The position numbers and the translations under genes were made by a program. From positions 23,968,001-24,032,000 of the forward strand of contig CP068257.2 in assembly GCA_009914755.4 (NCBI GenBank): a stretch of DNA of 64,000 nt. The letters run 5' to 3'. The DNA comes from the human T2T-CHM13v2.0 reference genome, Homo sapiens. Below are positions 46,851 through 61,786 of this stretch, in pieces; position 1 is the first letter of the stretch; each line of letters begins with the position of its first letter. The notes beneath the pieces were generated by a model. It did not search any database. It saw only the letters and a program-made list of their open reading frames with translations, and was not told the origin of the DNA.

Positions 46851-48289
46851 GACTTTCATCTTTTACCTAAAAGAGTATTAGTCACATCTTCTCTTACAAG
46901 GTGACTCATGGCAGGTTCAAAAGGACAGGGTTGGTGGACAGAATCACCTTCACTTTTTAAACTCATTAATTTTATGAATTATATTTGTAATATGTATTTG
47001 CCAGTGGTACATTATTGAATTCATAAGTTAAATATCCATGTGAAATGTCTCTACTAGATGTTCAAAGGACCTCCTTATATCTAACCACAAACGTCAAATT
47101 TTGTTCACAAAGAAGCAAAAAGTATAATATAAATAAAATGGAACTAGAGTTCCAATGGGCTAGATTGAGTCAGTTCTGCCCTTAGTAATCATATGGTTTT
47201 AGAAAAGCTACCTTATTGTATGAGTCTTTTTTCCCTCATTTGTTAAATGAAAGGGTTTGATTTAATGATTATTTGTATTGTTTATAATTGAACATTTTAT
47301 GTTTTTAAATGGGAAAATGTACCATATTTTAGCCTGTTATAATAAAATTATGTTATATGTAGCTAAGAACATGTTTTAAAATTCTAAACTGCCTCCTTTA
47401 GAATTCTCATTGGTTAGAACAGAGCCTGTTTTGGAAGGAAGCAAGAAAATAGGCTCCAAAAATGCTGGATATTCATAAAGTTGACTGTATAGCATGTTAT
47501 AAACTTTTTGTTTGATGCAGTAGGCAACAGGAAGTTGTTGAAGGTTTTGAAGAGTGGAATAATATATCAAAAAATAATATTGGAGATAAACAATAATTTT
47601 GCCCCTTACATATAGACTAGACTTGGGAAGAAAGGGTAACTGTAAGGCAGGCCTTAGGTAATGAGATCCAGGATTAAACTGGAGGCTGTCAAAATCGTTT
47701 AGGAAAAGTAGAATCCAGAAGACATTGAAAATAGAAATTGATAAAATGCAGTGATTGATTAAATATAGGGGACATCAAAGAAATCAAAACAGTAACTCCA
47801 AGGTTGTAAACTTGTAGAACCAGAGAAATCATGGTATTTAATTGAGAAGGAATTATTTATATATATATATTTCAGGAAGCAATAAAATAGCCAACTAAAT
47901 GTGTCTCTAAAGACCATTGGAGAGTGGATGATCATGATCTGTACCTATCCCCTGTATTTAAGTGGTAAAATGGAAAGAGAAATGTATAACCACTCTGGGA
48001 AAAACATGGAGAAGATTAGTAGGAGGCAAAAAACTGAACTCTGGAAAACATACTTGTGAAAGAATATAAAAGAGCAGAGACAATGACAAAACAAGTGCCC
48101 AGAGTAATAATGGACAACCAACAGAACCAGTGTCATGGAAGCTGGGGAGGAATTTTGCAATGTCAATTGTTATCTAGAGGTCAGGAAGAATGAAGGGAAA
48201 AGATCAGGGTGAATTGTTGGGTAACCTGAGGGGATTAAAAAGTAAAGAAAAAACAAAATTAGCATTTGAATGGAACTTTACAATTGACA

Positions 48290-48470
48290 AAACACTTTCA
48301 GAGGAATTATTTTACTTAATTCTCATGTTAACATTACTGTGAGACCCACAGGACTATTTTTATTCACAGTGTCATAAATGAGAAACACGGGAGCTTAGAG
48401 TACTTTTAGGACTTATTCCAAGGCAGGACTTAGAGTTACTTACTCAAAATCCCACATTCTTTGCTATCTG
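48290..48470 (+). mobile_element. Possible MIR-like SINE fragment
   Basis: ...ttttacttaattctcatgttaacattactgtgagacccacaggactatttttattcacagtgtcataaatgagaaacacgggagcttagagtac... is a weak match to the MIR core (ttacagatgaggaaactgaggcacagagag). Confidence 0.35.
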
Positions 48471-49457
48471 GAAGACAAGGATAAAAAGAACATGCTGGAA
48501 AGTACCAACCAATAGTATATTTTCAGTGTCCCTGTCTCTCACCACATATAAATGCCTTCCATATTCACAACTCAAATCAAATTCAAAGCAATATTAACCT
48601 GAAGGGTAAGCCATAAGCCTGTAATAAATATTTCATGTTCTGAAAATATTATTTAACTAAATGGGAGAAATATCCAAAAATGAACACATTCCATATTGGA
48701 AGGGGTTTATTATCCAATTTAGTCATCCTAACAACATCACAGCAGATCATTTAAAATGAAAATAGAAAACATCCTCATAATTTTCTAGCCTTTTTTTTTT
48801 TTTGCTGTAAGTTCATATTAAAAGAATAACATTAATATTGTCTTAAGCAAAGATAAGTATTATTATACGTCATGCATTTCCTAAATTTCAATTATGTGTT
48901 ATTTTTAAAATTGCTATGTGTGTCTGATGATAGGACACAAGGCTGTGTTTTTCCTTCCTTTTAAAATAAATAAATAACTCTTTTAGCTGATTTCTTTGGT
49001 GCCATTTTGTAATTTCTTTTGTCTTTCACTACTTCCCAACTTTAGTTTCCATAGGAACAGGATCAATCGGAAAGCATTTGGGATTCTTTCAAAATGTTGA
49101 GTCCAAGATTTCTAATTAGGGTTCAGGCACTTATAGTTTAATTAATATGAGACTTTTTCTGTGTTTTATTTTTGAAGGTGGAAAAAACTGGGTTATGATT
49201 TCATAATATGTTTGCCTTTTCAAAGATTTTTATTAGAGATTTGGATCAAAGAGCTTTAAGATCATTTAAAAATGTGTTAATACATGCCTGAAAAAATTAA
49301 ATATATTATGCATACTATTCTTGACAGATAAGAAGACTTAAAACAATAATTATCCCAGTTAAATGCATCAAAATTAGTTGAATTATCCTTAGCTGAAAAT
49401 TGATTCTTTGAAATATAACATAAACCTAGTGTCTTCTCCTATACCTCTTTTATAGTT

Positions 49458-49755
49458 TGTTGTTGTTGTTTTTCTGAGATGGAATCTCACTCTGTCACCC
49501 AGAGTGCAGTGGTGCGGATCTCGGCTCACTGCAACCTCTGCGTCCTGGGTTCAAGCAACTCTCCTGCCTCAGCCTTCTGAGTAGCTGGGACTACAGGCCA
49601 CCCCCGACCATGCTCAGCTAATTTTTTTGTATTTTTAGTAGAGACGGGGTTTCACTATGTTGGCCAGGCTGGTCTCAAACTCCTGACCTCAAGTGATCCG
49701 CCCACCTCAGCCTCCCAAAGCCTGGGATTACAGGCCTGAGCCACTGCACCCAGCC
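49458..49755 (-). mobile_element. Alu, TSD cctctt(t)tatagttt
   Basis: gttgttgttgtttttctgagatggaatctcactctgtcacccagagtgcagtggtgcggatctcggctcactgcaacctctgcgtcctgggttcaagcaactctcctgcctcagccttctgagtagctgggactacaggcc...cctcccaaagcctgggattacaggcctgagccactgcacccagcc. Confidence 0.95.
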
Positions 49756-50168
49756 CCTCTTATAGTTTTATTGTGAGAACAAGTATGGTCAATGGAAAAT
49801 AATGTAGATGATAGATTTTACTTTTAAAAAATTACCATTATGGTCACATTACGTTAGCTGTATAAGACAAAAACATCCTCAGTTTATAAAAAAAGCATTC
49901 AACTTTCTATTAACAGAGAGTGTGCTCAAGGAATTAAATCAGGAATTATCAACAGGAAGGGGATTACTTCCCCCAGGGGGTACTGTGAAATTTTATGGGA
50001 CCTATTCCATTGTCACAATGATGAGTGGTTGCTATATATTTGCTGAGCAGGGACCAGGCCTCTTAAACAGCTTGCTGTGTGCCAGACAGTCCTGCAAAAT
50101 AAAGAATTTTCCTGAGTCCCTCATTTTTCATAACTCTCCAAAGTCCTGCTGCATGTTCATATAAGTGA

Positions 50169-50625
<457 letters not shown>

Positions 50626-50705
50626 AATAACCCTATTCTTATATTCCTGTACTATTTGGAATGGTTTCTGATTTTACTTAAATCCCATTTAACATTATAA
50701 GTGTA

Positions 50706-51021
50706 CACCAGGCATGGTGGCTAATGCCTGTAATACCAGCACTTTGGGAGGTGGAGACAGAGGATCTCTTGAGGCCAAGAGTTTGAGACTAGCTGGACTG
50801 GGCAACATGGCAAGATTCCATCTCTATGAGAGTAAACATTTAAGAAAATTTGCTAGGCATGGTGGTGCATGCCTATAGTCCTAGCTACTTGGAAGGCTGA
50901 AGCAGGAGGATCCCTTGAGCCCAGAGGTTCAGTGTTACAGTGAGCTATAATCATGCCACCGCACACCAGCCTGGGTGACAGAGCAAGACATTATCTCTAA
51001 AAAAAGAAAAATAAATAAAAA
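50706..51021 (+). mobile_element. Older Alu (AluJ-like), TSD ataagtgta
   Basis: caccaggcatggtggctaatgcctgtaataccagcactttgggaggtggagacagaggatctcttgaggccaagagtttgagactagctggactgggcaacatggcaagattccatctctatgagagtaaacatttaagaaaatttgctaggcatggtggtgcatgcctatagtc...gagcaagacattatctctaaaaaaagaaaaataaataaaaataag. Confidence 0.9.
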
Positions 51022-51674
51022 TAAGTGTAGACTTCATTGTGTCTTCTAGTGTACTCACGTATAAGCATTTATGAATTAAAATATGTATTTTTTTTATTTC
51101 TCTTTAACATTAAAGGGACATTACATTATTTCCCAAATTTTACATATATATAAATTTTATGTATATAAATTATATGTTTGTATATGTAATGTTTATTATC
51201 TATAAATTTCATTTCAGGATAATAAAGGAGGCATCAAAATTTATTATAAAATGAGGGTCTGATAGTGTTAAGAACCAATAAATTAAAATAAATGAATGCA
51301 AATTACATGTATTTCATCACTGCACTAAATTCTTAGGTTTGTGGTGGTTGAAAACAAAATTATATACTCTATTTTTAGGGAAACAGTTTTTCCCTTTCCA
51401 AGATTCATTTTTAGCTAACATGAGCAAAAAATTTAAATGGGAGAAAAATGTTAAAAAATAATTGCAGAACATGCTGCAGAATAACCGTGGATATGTATAG
51501 ATGTGGGTGTGTTTCATTAAAATCTATTTAAGTATTTTTTTTCCTTTATATGTAGTTAAGGTAAGGATAGTTTTTGAGTTATTCGGTGTCAAAATTACTT
51601 TTGGATTTTTGTGCAAACAGGCTATAAACCTGTAACATTATCAAAAATGTCAACATATAGATAAAACTTAATAC

Positions 51675-51985
51675 TTTTTTTTATTTTATTTATATATTTT
51701 GAGAAGATGTCTCACTCCTGTCACCCCAGCTGGAGTGCAGTGATACAATAAAATTCACTGCAGCCTCAACCTCCTTGGCTCAAGCCATCCCTCCCACCTC
51801 AGCCTCCCGAGTAGCTGAGACTATAGGCTCATGCCACCATGCCTGGCTAGTTTTTGTTTTTGTTGTGTAGAGACAGGGTCTTGCTATGTTGCCCAAGCCA
51901 CTCTTGAAGCCCTGGGCTCAAACAGTCCTCCAGCCTCAGCCTCCCAGAGTGCTAGGATTACAGGCGTGAGCCACTGTGACCGGCC
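51675..51985 (-). mobile_element. Alu (first of a head-to-tail pair)
   Basis: ttttttattttatttatatattttgagaagatgtctcactcctgtcaccccagctggagtgcagtgatacaat...cctcccagagtgctaggattacaggcgtgagccactgtgaccggcc. Confidence 0.9.
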
Positions 51986-52154
51986 TTATTTTTATATTTT
52001 ATTTTTTTGAGACATGGTCCCACTCTGTCACCCAGGCTAGAGTGCAGTGACGTGATCATAGCTCACTGTAGCCTCAACCTCCTGGGCTTAAGTGATCCTC
52101 CTGTCTCAGCCTCTTGAGTATCTGGGATAGGAGGTGTGAGCCACCGCACCTGGC
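51986..52154 (-). mobile_element. Alu with a large internal deletion (second of the pair)
   Basis: ttatttttatattttatttttttgagacatggtcccactctgtcacccaggctagagtgcagtgacgtgatcatagctcactgtagcctcaacctcctgggcttaagtgatcctcctgtctcagcctcttgagtatctgggataggaggtgtgagccaccgcacctggc. Confidence 0.85.
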
Positions 52155-52954
52155 TATACTTAGTTTTTAATTTAACTGGTATTGTCTGTTGGTCTCATAG
52201 CCTAAGTATTGCAATACATTAAACAATAGACAGTTAATACTATATTTAAGTATATTTTATATTATATGTAAATATAGCTTATACTATTCTTAAAATACAG
52301 TACAAGAAGTTTATACATTTGATTTGAAGACAAAATATGTCCACTTTTGTTTATAACAGACATTTAATTACTTCCTATTGTGGGTTAAGTATGATGTAGA
52401 CACAATCTTGTATCAAATAGTTCCAACATCATGCTCCTAACACTATCCAATGGGAGGATCAGACATGTAAAACATCCTAATTTTTTAAAAGTCTTATAAA
52501 AAGTACTATGTCAGATAGAGAAGGTTTGACTCTGTATGGGAGGACAGAAGGGGCCAGCGAAAGCTTTACTTTTCTTGACAGTTAAGTCAGGTGTTAAATA
52601 ACATAGAAGTTCATCATTCGGCAGGGGAGTGTTGGAGAGAGGGGATTCCAGGCAGAGGGCTTGGAGAATGCAGAGAGCCAGAGTGTCTGGGAACTCCACC
52701 ATGGGTGCCTTGAACATAGGGTTTGTAAGGGGCAGTAGTCAAAGGAAGGCTGGAAAGATGGGAGCCTGTTCCGAAAGGCCATTTGAAGGAACCTGGAATT
52801 CATCTTGAAGGTAACAGGAGGCCTCTGAAGGAAGCTAAATATCAGATAGTATTTTAAGGCTCTAACCCATGTAAGAGTAAGGAGGATGAACTGCAAACTT
52901 GTCCACATCTATATTCATCCTTGTCAATTTCCCTCCTGAATCAAAGGAAGAGGG

Positions 52955-53390
52955 TTGCTATGGTTTGAATATTTGTTCCCTTCAAGACTCATGTTGAAAC
53001 ATAATCCCTAATGTAGCAGTATTAAGAGGTAGGGCCTTTAAGAAGTGATCGATTCATGAGGACTCTGCCTTCATGAATGGATTAACCCATTCATAGATTA
53101 ACAATTTAAGGAATTAATGAGTTATCATAGGAGCGGGACTGGTGGCTTTATAAGGAAAGGAAGAGAGAACTGAGCTAGCACTCTTGCACACTGAGCCCGC
53201 TCACCCTGTGATGCCCTGTACCACCTAGGGACTCTTCAGAGAGTCCCCACCAGCAAGAAGACCCTCATCAGATGTGACCCCTCTACCTTGGACTTCTCAG
53301 CCTTCATAACTGTAAGAAATAAATTCCTTTTCTTTATAAATTACCCCATTTCAGGTATTCCATTATCAGCAACAGAAAACAGATGAAGAT
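52955..53390 (+). mobile_element. ERVL/MaLR-superfamily solo LTR (MLT2/MST-like)
   Basis: ttgctatggtttgaatatttgttcccttcaagactcatgttgaaacataatccctaatgtagcagtattaagaggtagggcctttaagaagtgatcgattcatgaggactctgccttcatgaatggattaac...ccttggacttctcagccttcataactgtaagaaataaattccttttctttataaattaccccatttcaggtattccattatcagcaacagaaaacagatgaag. Confidence 0.75.
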
Positions 53391-53751
53391 AAGGGGTCTC
53401 TCCTACCCAAAGCTAATTTCACACCTGTGTGCATGATCCTATTTTTCCAGTCTCTTGTATTCTTTGTTGCAGCAATTAATCTCCTCTCTCTGTCATGTAT
53501 CTTCAACTTATCTTCATTACTAGTTCTCTTACCACAGGCTATAAATATGCTCAAATCTCTACAACTTAATGTAGGAAAGAACCCCACTATGATTCTCCAA
53601 GGAAACTTCTTGAAACAGTGACATATATTTATTATGTCAATTTTCTTACTGACCATTCAGCTCACTGCACATTGCCTGTTTCCCATGCCATTGAAATTAC
53701 TATCATTGTATCGCCAATAATTTACTAGTTCCTAAGTCCATGGCTTGCTTT

Positions 53752-54070
53752 ATTTATTTATTTTTTATTTTACTTATTTATTTTTTTTTTGAGACAGAGT
53801 CTTTCTCTGTTTCCCAGGCGGGAGTGCAGTGGCGTGATCTCGGCTCACCACAACCTCCACTTCCTGATTTCAAGTGATTGTCCTGCCTCAGCCTCCCGAG
53901 TAGCTGGGGCTATAGGCGCACGCCATCATGCCCAGCTAATTTTTGTATTTTTTGTAGAGATGGGGTTTCACTGTGTTGGCCAGGCTGGTCTCGACCTCCT
54001 GGCCTTGTGATCTGCCCACCTCGGCCTCCCAAAGTGCTGGGATTACAGGCGTCAGCCACTGCGCCCAGCC
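53752..54070 (-). mobile_element. Alu, TSD ccatggcttgcttt
   Basis: T-rich tail then gagacagagtctttctctgtttcccaggcgggagtgcagtggcgtgatctcggctcaccacaacctccacttcctgatttcaagtgattgtcctgcc...ggcctcccaaagtgctgggattacaggcgtcagccactgcgcccagcc. The 13-14 bp flank is repeated exactly. Confidence 0.95.
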
Positions 54071-54987
54071 CATGGCTTGCTTTTTAAGTCAAAACCTTAC
54101 TTGACCTTTCTAGAACATCGAACATTGTTGACACTCCCTCTTTGAAAGTCTGCCATTCCGTGATTTCCATGACATCATTCTGTCCTAGTTTCTCTTATTT
54201 CTCCAATTGCCTCTTCTCAATCTCTTACATGGTTTCCTCTTGGACTTTTTCTCTCTTATTCTACTCCAGTGTTTCCTGCTCTAAATTATATTCCTCCCTA
54301 GAGAGTCACAGTGCTCCTTAGCATGTTAGAGGCTCCAATAAGTCCTTTTATACAATGGAGAACTTTGTTTAACTTGTTAACCCAGTCTTTCTCAACCCAG
54401 TGTTTCTTTATCACCATGGAATCTGTATCCCTTTGTGAAACACTAAATGTCAATGGCCAGTCTGAGGGAGAAGATGCAGGAAAAGAACGTGAAAGAAGAG
54501 AATAGTGTCACAATAGCCACAAAATGTGACAAATCATAAAATGCTACTTAATTTCATCAACATAGATTGAAGAGAAAAGTTCTATGGGTTGTCTAGAGTG
54601 TTGCCTAGGGCTTTAACAGGAAAACTTCCTAGAGGTGGTGAGACTTAAGAGGGGTCTTGAGGGTTGGAGAAAATTGTAATAGGGAGGAGACAGCACTCCC
54701 ACCCATGCCTGTACCTCCTCTCTGAGTGAGGGCTGTACAAGGGATAAGAAAGGCTACATGAACATCTCCTTTGTCCTTGACATGCCTCTGAAGATGGTAT
54801 TAAGGTTTAAAGGCAAGTGCTTGATTATGTAAGGTTGTTTTAGATCAGCATTCTCAGAACAAAATAGACTATGGAACACTTTTTAAAAGACTGTATTGCC
54901 AGACCTCCAAAGGAACTCCTAAGGTACAATGCTCACTAGTTTTAAGTAGGCACTCAAATTAATTTACCACTATAATTCATTATGATG

Positions 54988-55706
<719 letters not shown>

Positions 55707-55822
55707 CTATTTTCAATTGTATATCAACATTTTAAAAAAGCAAATAATTTTAAAAAATTGCTCACCTTGTGTTATTAAATTTAGAATGCTTTATTAAGCT
55801 TATTTTGATTTTATAGTAATAG

Positions 55823-56364
<542 letters not shown>

Positions 56365-58626
56365 TAGTTGTGGCTTTTAAAATCTCCTTTTAAGTTACTA
56401 TCTAGAAAAATATTTTAGGAATTGACTCTATCATTTTAAGCATCAAATATATTCATGTAATTTTTTGTTGCAGCATAATGTGAAAATTGTTTCTGCACAG
56501 TAATGTCTTTTGTGTCAGAATTGGCTACTTCAAAATCTTTTGTTCTTTAATCCCGGGCAGTTATCTCTTAATTAAAAAAATTAAAGTGGTATATTCATTA
56601 TATCATAGTCTCCCCTTATCCACAGTTTTCCTTTTTGCAATTTTACCCGTGGCCAACCACAGTCGAAAAATACTAAATGAAAAGTTCAAGAAATAAACAA
56701 TTCACCTGGGATGGGAATCATCCCTTTGTCTGGTGTATTCATGCTGTAGAAGCTACCCACCTGTTAGTCACTGATATTGCCTGTTCCTGTCATCCAATCA
56801 GTGACATCGTTGTGGCTGAATGATTCGGGATCACTTGAAGCAGATGATTCTCCTTCTGATGTATTGTCAGAAGGTCAATAGTAGCCTAATGCTACCTCAC
56901 GATGCCTGTTACCCACCTCATTTTATCTCATCACGTCGGCATTTTATCTCTTACATTATTACAAGAAGGGTGAATACAGTAGAATAAGATATTTTGAGAG
57001 AGACGTCATTCACATAATTCTTATTCAGCATATTGTTATAATTGTTCTATTATTCTTGTTATTAATCTTGTACTGTGCCTAACTTATAAATTAAACTTTA
57101 TCATAAGTATGTTTGTATAGGGAAAAACAGAGTGTATATAGGGTTTGGTACTATCCATGGCTTCAGACATCCACTGGGGGTCTTGGAACGTATCTCTCAT
57201 GAATTAGGGGGGACTAGTGTGTTCCATTCCATCTTCTCCATAATTCACTTCACTTCCATTCATTCAGCAAATATTTACTGAGTACCATATGGCAAGCATT
57301 GTTCTTCGCCCTTGGGATTATTAACAAAAATTAGTAGCCAAAATAAAGGGCCCCACCTTCAGTACATAAACACATATATAATGCATTAGAAGATAATAAT
57401 GCTATTTTCAATTGTATATCGTTTGAAAATATGAAAAAAGAAAAAGAAAAGCAGGATCAAAGGAATCAGGAATGTCGAAGGGGAAAGGTGAGCTGAAGGT
57501 GAGCTGAAATATTTAATAGAGAGATCAGAGGAGATTTTATTAAGGAGGTGTCCTTTGAGCAAAGACTTGAAGAAGTGAGGGAGTTAATAGACATCTAAAG
57601 GAAGAGTCTTTCAGATGGAGGAAACAGCCAGAGTCTGGCCTGATTGAGGATGAACAAGGAAGCCAGTGTCCCTGGAGCAGAGGGAGGGAAGAGTCAAGAA
57701 AAGGAGGTTCGAAAGCAATGGGCCACTTTGCATAGGACCTTCTATGCCAATGAAAGAACTTCCCCTTCTACTCTGGGGAAATGAAGAACCAGTCCAAGGT
57801 TTTGAGCAGAAGAGTGCCATGATCTGACTTAGCATTTTAAAGGGTCACTCTAGTGGATGTGTTGAGATTAGATTCCAGAAAGGCAGGACAGAAGCAGGAC
57901 AGTCAGGAGGCTATTGTAGCAATCCAAGAAAGAGATGTTAGTGCTCAGACCACAGTAGTAGCTATGGGAGGAGTGAGAAGTGGTCAGATTCGGAATGCAT
58001 TTTGAAGGTAAAGTCAGTAGGTTTTGCTAATGAATAGGAATGGGCTGTGATACGTGGGATCACTAAAGATAAATGCCAGATTTTTCTCAACCAGAGCAAT
58101 GGAATAATTGAGTTGCCATCATCTGAGGTGGAGAAGGTGGAACAGGTTTAGAAAGAAAGATGATATTTGGATGTAGAGTTTGAAATGTCTCATAAACTTT
58201 CAGGTGATAGGCATTTGGATCTGAAGTTCAGCAAAGATGTCCAGAATGGAAATATGTATTTGGGAGTGTTTAGCATGTCAGAGTGTTTAATGCCAGGAAT
58301 CTGGATCACATCATTAAAGAAGGAAATACAGATAGAGAAGTAGATTTGACCAAGGATGGGAGCCATGAGAAGAAAAACTAGGAAAGTGTGTTGTCCTGGA
58401 CGTTAAGTGTAGAAAGCGTGTTAAGAAGAAGGGTGTGATGGATTGTGTCAATTGAGGTAGTTATGGAAGGCATCATCATAAATTATGTTTTACAGAGGAC
58501 GAGACACAGCCAAAGAGGTTTTAACTATCCAAAACATATCATAGCAAGGACAAAAAAGGAGGAAGAATTTAAACCCAGGGCTTTTCCACTGTAATGAAAT
58601 AGTCATTACCTTTAAAAAGGTAGGGG

Positions 58627-58945
58627 AGGCCAGGTGTGGTGGCTTACACCTATAATCCCAGCATTTTGGGAGGCTGAAGCAAGCAGATCACTTGAGCCCA
58701 CAAGTTTGAGACCAGCTTGGGCAACACGGTGAAACCCCATTTCTACAAAAAATAGAAAAATTAGCCAGACATGTTGGCTAACAGCTGTGGTCCAGCTACT
58801 CGGAAGGCTGAGGTGGGGGATCACCTGAGCCCGGGGAGGTTGAGGCTGCAGTGACCCATGATTGCGCGCCTGCACTCCAGCCTGGGCAACAGAGTGAAAC
58901 CCTGTCTCAAAAAAAAGAAAAAAAAGAAAAAAAGAAAAAAAAAGA
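58627..58945 (+). mobile_element. Alu, full length, (A/GAAAAAAA)n tail
   Basis: ggccaggtgtggtggcttacacctataatcccagcattttgggaggctgaagcaagcagatcacttgagcccacaagtttgagaccagcttgggcaacacggtgaaaccccatttc...gagtgaaaccctgtctcaaaaaaaagaaaaaaaagaaaaaaagaaaaaaaaag. Confidence 0.95.
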
Positions 58946-59725
58946 AGATGGGGGAAAAGTATAACCCTAACAATTCATTTTTCATAGAACATCCTCATAC
59001 GCGATTATTGTAGAATCATTTGTGAAATGTTCTATCTGCGTCACCACATTGGATAAAAAGCAATGTGAAGTGAGGGGAGAGGGATGAGAAGCAAGTATTT
59101 ATAGAGAATCTACTGTGTGCCAAGAGGTAGGCTAAGCAATTATGTACATGATTTTATTTCATCTTTACAACCAGCTAGGGAAGGCATTACTAGCTTCATT
59201 TTACTTAAACTGAGGCTGTAGCTTATCCAAGGTGACGTGGCTAGTAATTCACAGCACTGGGTTTCAAATACTGGGTTATGACTTCCTAAAGACAGAATGA
59301 TTCTGTTTCCATCTATAATGAAGACTAAGACTTAAGTTGCATTTCTCTAATAGACTACTCTTTTCTTACCTTGCTAGACTCTAATGTTGTCTTTTATTTA
59401 ATTTTAGATGATACTTACTCAAAAAGCCAAGCTGCTGAAAATAATAGTGGTAGAATACAATTTAGTTCTTTATCCCAATGGGGGTAAAGTCAGTTCTGAT
59501 ACCACCTTATTAAGACTAAGTGCTAAGATTATGTGCTAAGGCTGACTCTAAATAATTTCAAAACTTTTGGTAGATTCTGTCATAAATCCAGTTCTCTTCA
59601 TGCTATGACAAACATCAAACAGCCATTTCACTTGAGTTATATTACGACAATTAGACTTTTGCCTACCATATCTGGACACAAATACCTTTGTTCTTCTTTC
59701 CAATACTCAATTTGAAAGAGTTTCA

Positions 59726-60041
<316 letters not shown>

Positions 60042-60957
60042 ATTGACCTTTATCCAATAGCACAAAAACTCATTTCCTGACCATTCTAGGAAGCAGCTCC
60101 AAAGGTCCCACTGATTTTAATGTGTGCAGATATTCACTAAATTATTTATTTTATTGGTCTAGTTCACTGATCCTAAAAAAGTGCGTGTTGGTGTTAGCTC
60201 ACAGTTGGATGTGTAGGACTAGTTTTGAACTAAAAAAGTCAGAGAACTGTTTTTACCAAAAGAAAAGGGAAATTGTGGTTCCTGGATTTACAGGACCCAA
60301 GAAATCAGGGTAGCTAATTCTTAGGAATCTTGCCTGACAATTGTGAATATGACAGTTAAGCAATGCCAAACCATTGTTTCCATGTTCTGCACTTCAAAAT
60401 AAATGGTTCTTGTTTTTTGGCTTCCTGAGGACTAATCAAAGGAAGCATGAAGCAACAATGGCTGGGAAGTTTCCCTTGGTTTTCAAATTTCTTCTGTAAG
60501 CACTTGTGGTAATAGAATTTAATTAATAACACTTGTATGTAATGTAAGGGCCAAGATTTTATGAGTCATCTTCCAGCAGGAAAGTTGAAAAATAAAATTC
60601 ACACAGCTCTCATATTTTAAGAAATGAAGTTTGATAGAAAGTGTGCATGCTAAATCATTGGCCATATAAAATCTCTAGTATTTTAAAGGCTGAATATCAG
60701 ATCATGGTCCGTGGAGACCATTTCTTTCTCCCAGCTTTGTGGGTGGTAAAATCGAGAAAGCTTAGTAAACTCATTAATAAGTAGAAGCCCAAAATTATGT
60801 GGAGTGGGTTATTAGTTCCCTGTGTAAGAAAAATAATACAAAAAAAATGCTTATTCTTGCAAATTTTACAAAATGTGCATGCATTGCTAAGCCTTCCCCA
60901 CCCACCCTCACTTGGGCCTTGGTAAGTACTCTTGTAAGGGTTGGTCCCAAAACTTAA

Positions 60958-61345
<388 letters not shown>

Positions 61346-61637
61346 AGAAAAGGATTCTCTTTGTTTGAGAAATGCTAAGATAACCTCATTTGCAGATTAT
61401 ACATTTAACAGATTGGTGATATTAGAGAATCCTTTTGATCTCTTTTTATGCTAATCTCTGCCAAACACATTAAACTGTTAGTGATTGTGGAAATTCACTC
61501 AGTAAAGCAGAGAAGTAAAACTACAAAGATATAAAGGAAGTTTGAAACAATACCAAACATCTACGTAGCGTGGGAGGTGGAGAGAGTTTAGTAGATGGTA
61601 GTGATGTATCTTGTCACATACATTGTTTAAGCAGCTA

Positions 61638-61786
61638 TTTTTCTTTTTCTTTCTTTCTTTTTTTTTTTGTTGAGGTGGGGTCTTGCTGTGTTGCCCAAGC
61701 TTGTCTCAAACTCCTGGGCTCAAGCAATACTCCCAAATCAGCCTCCCAAGTAACTGGGATTACAGGTGCATGCCACCACATCCAGG
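61638..61786 (-). mobile_element. Partial Alu / free-monomer-like fragment with (CTTT)n-modified tail
   Basis: tttctttttctttctttctttttttttttgttgaggtggggtcttgctgtgttgcccaagcttgtctcaaactcctgggctcaagcaatactcccaaatcagcctcccaagtaactgggattacaggtgcatgccaccacatccagg. Confidence 0.8.

Noticed and set aside
49808-50164. 118-aa ORF in unique AT-rich intronic sequence (MIDFTFKKLPLWSHYVSCIRQKHPQFIKK...)
   Set aside because: It has no recognisable domain, no splice acceptor or donor in sensible positions, and low-complexity Lys/Phe/Ser-rich composition. It sits deep in intron 1 with no CpG island. It is consistent with a chance ORF of the size expected in 64 kb of AT-rich DNA.
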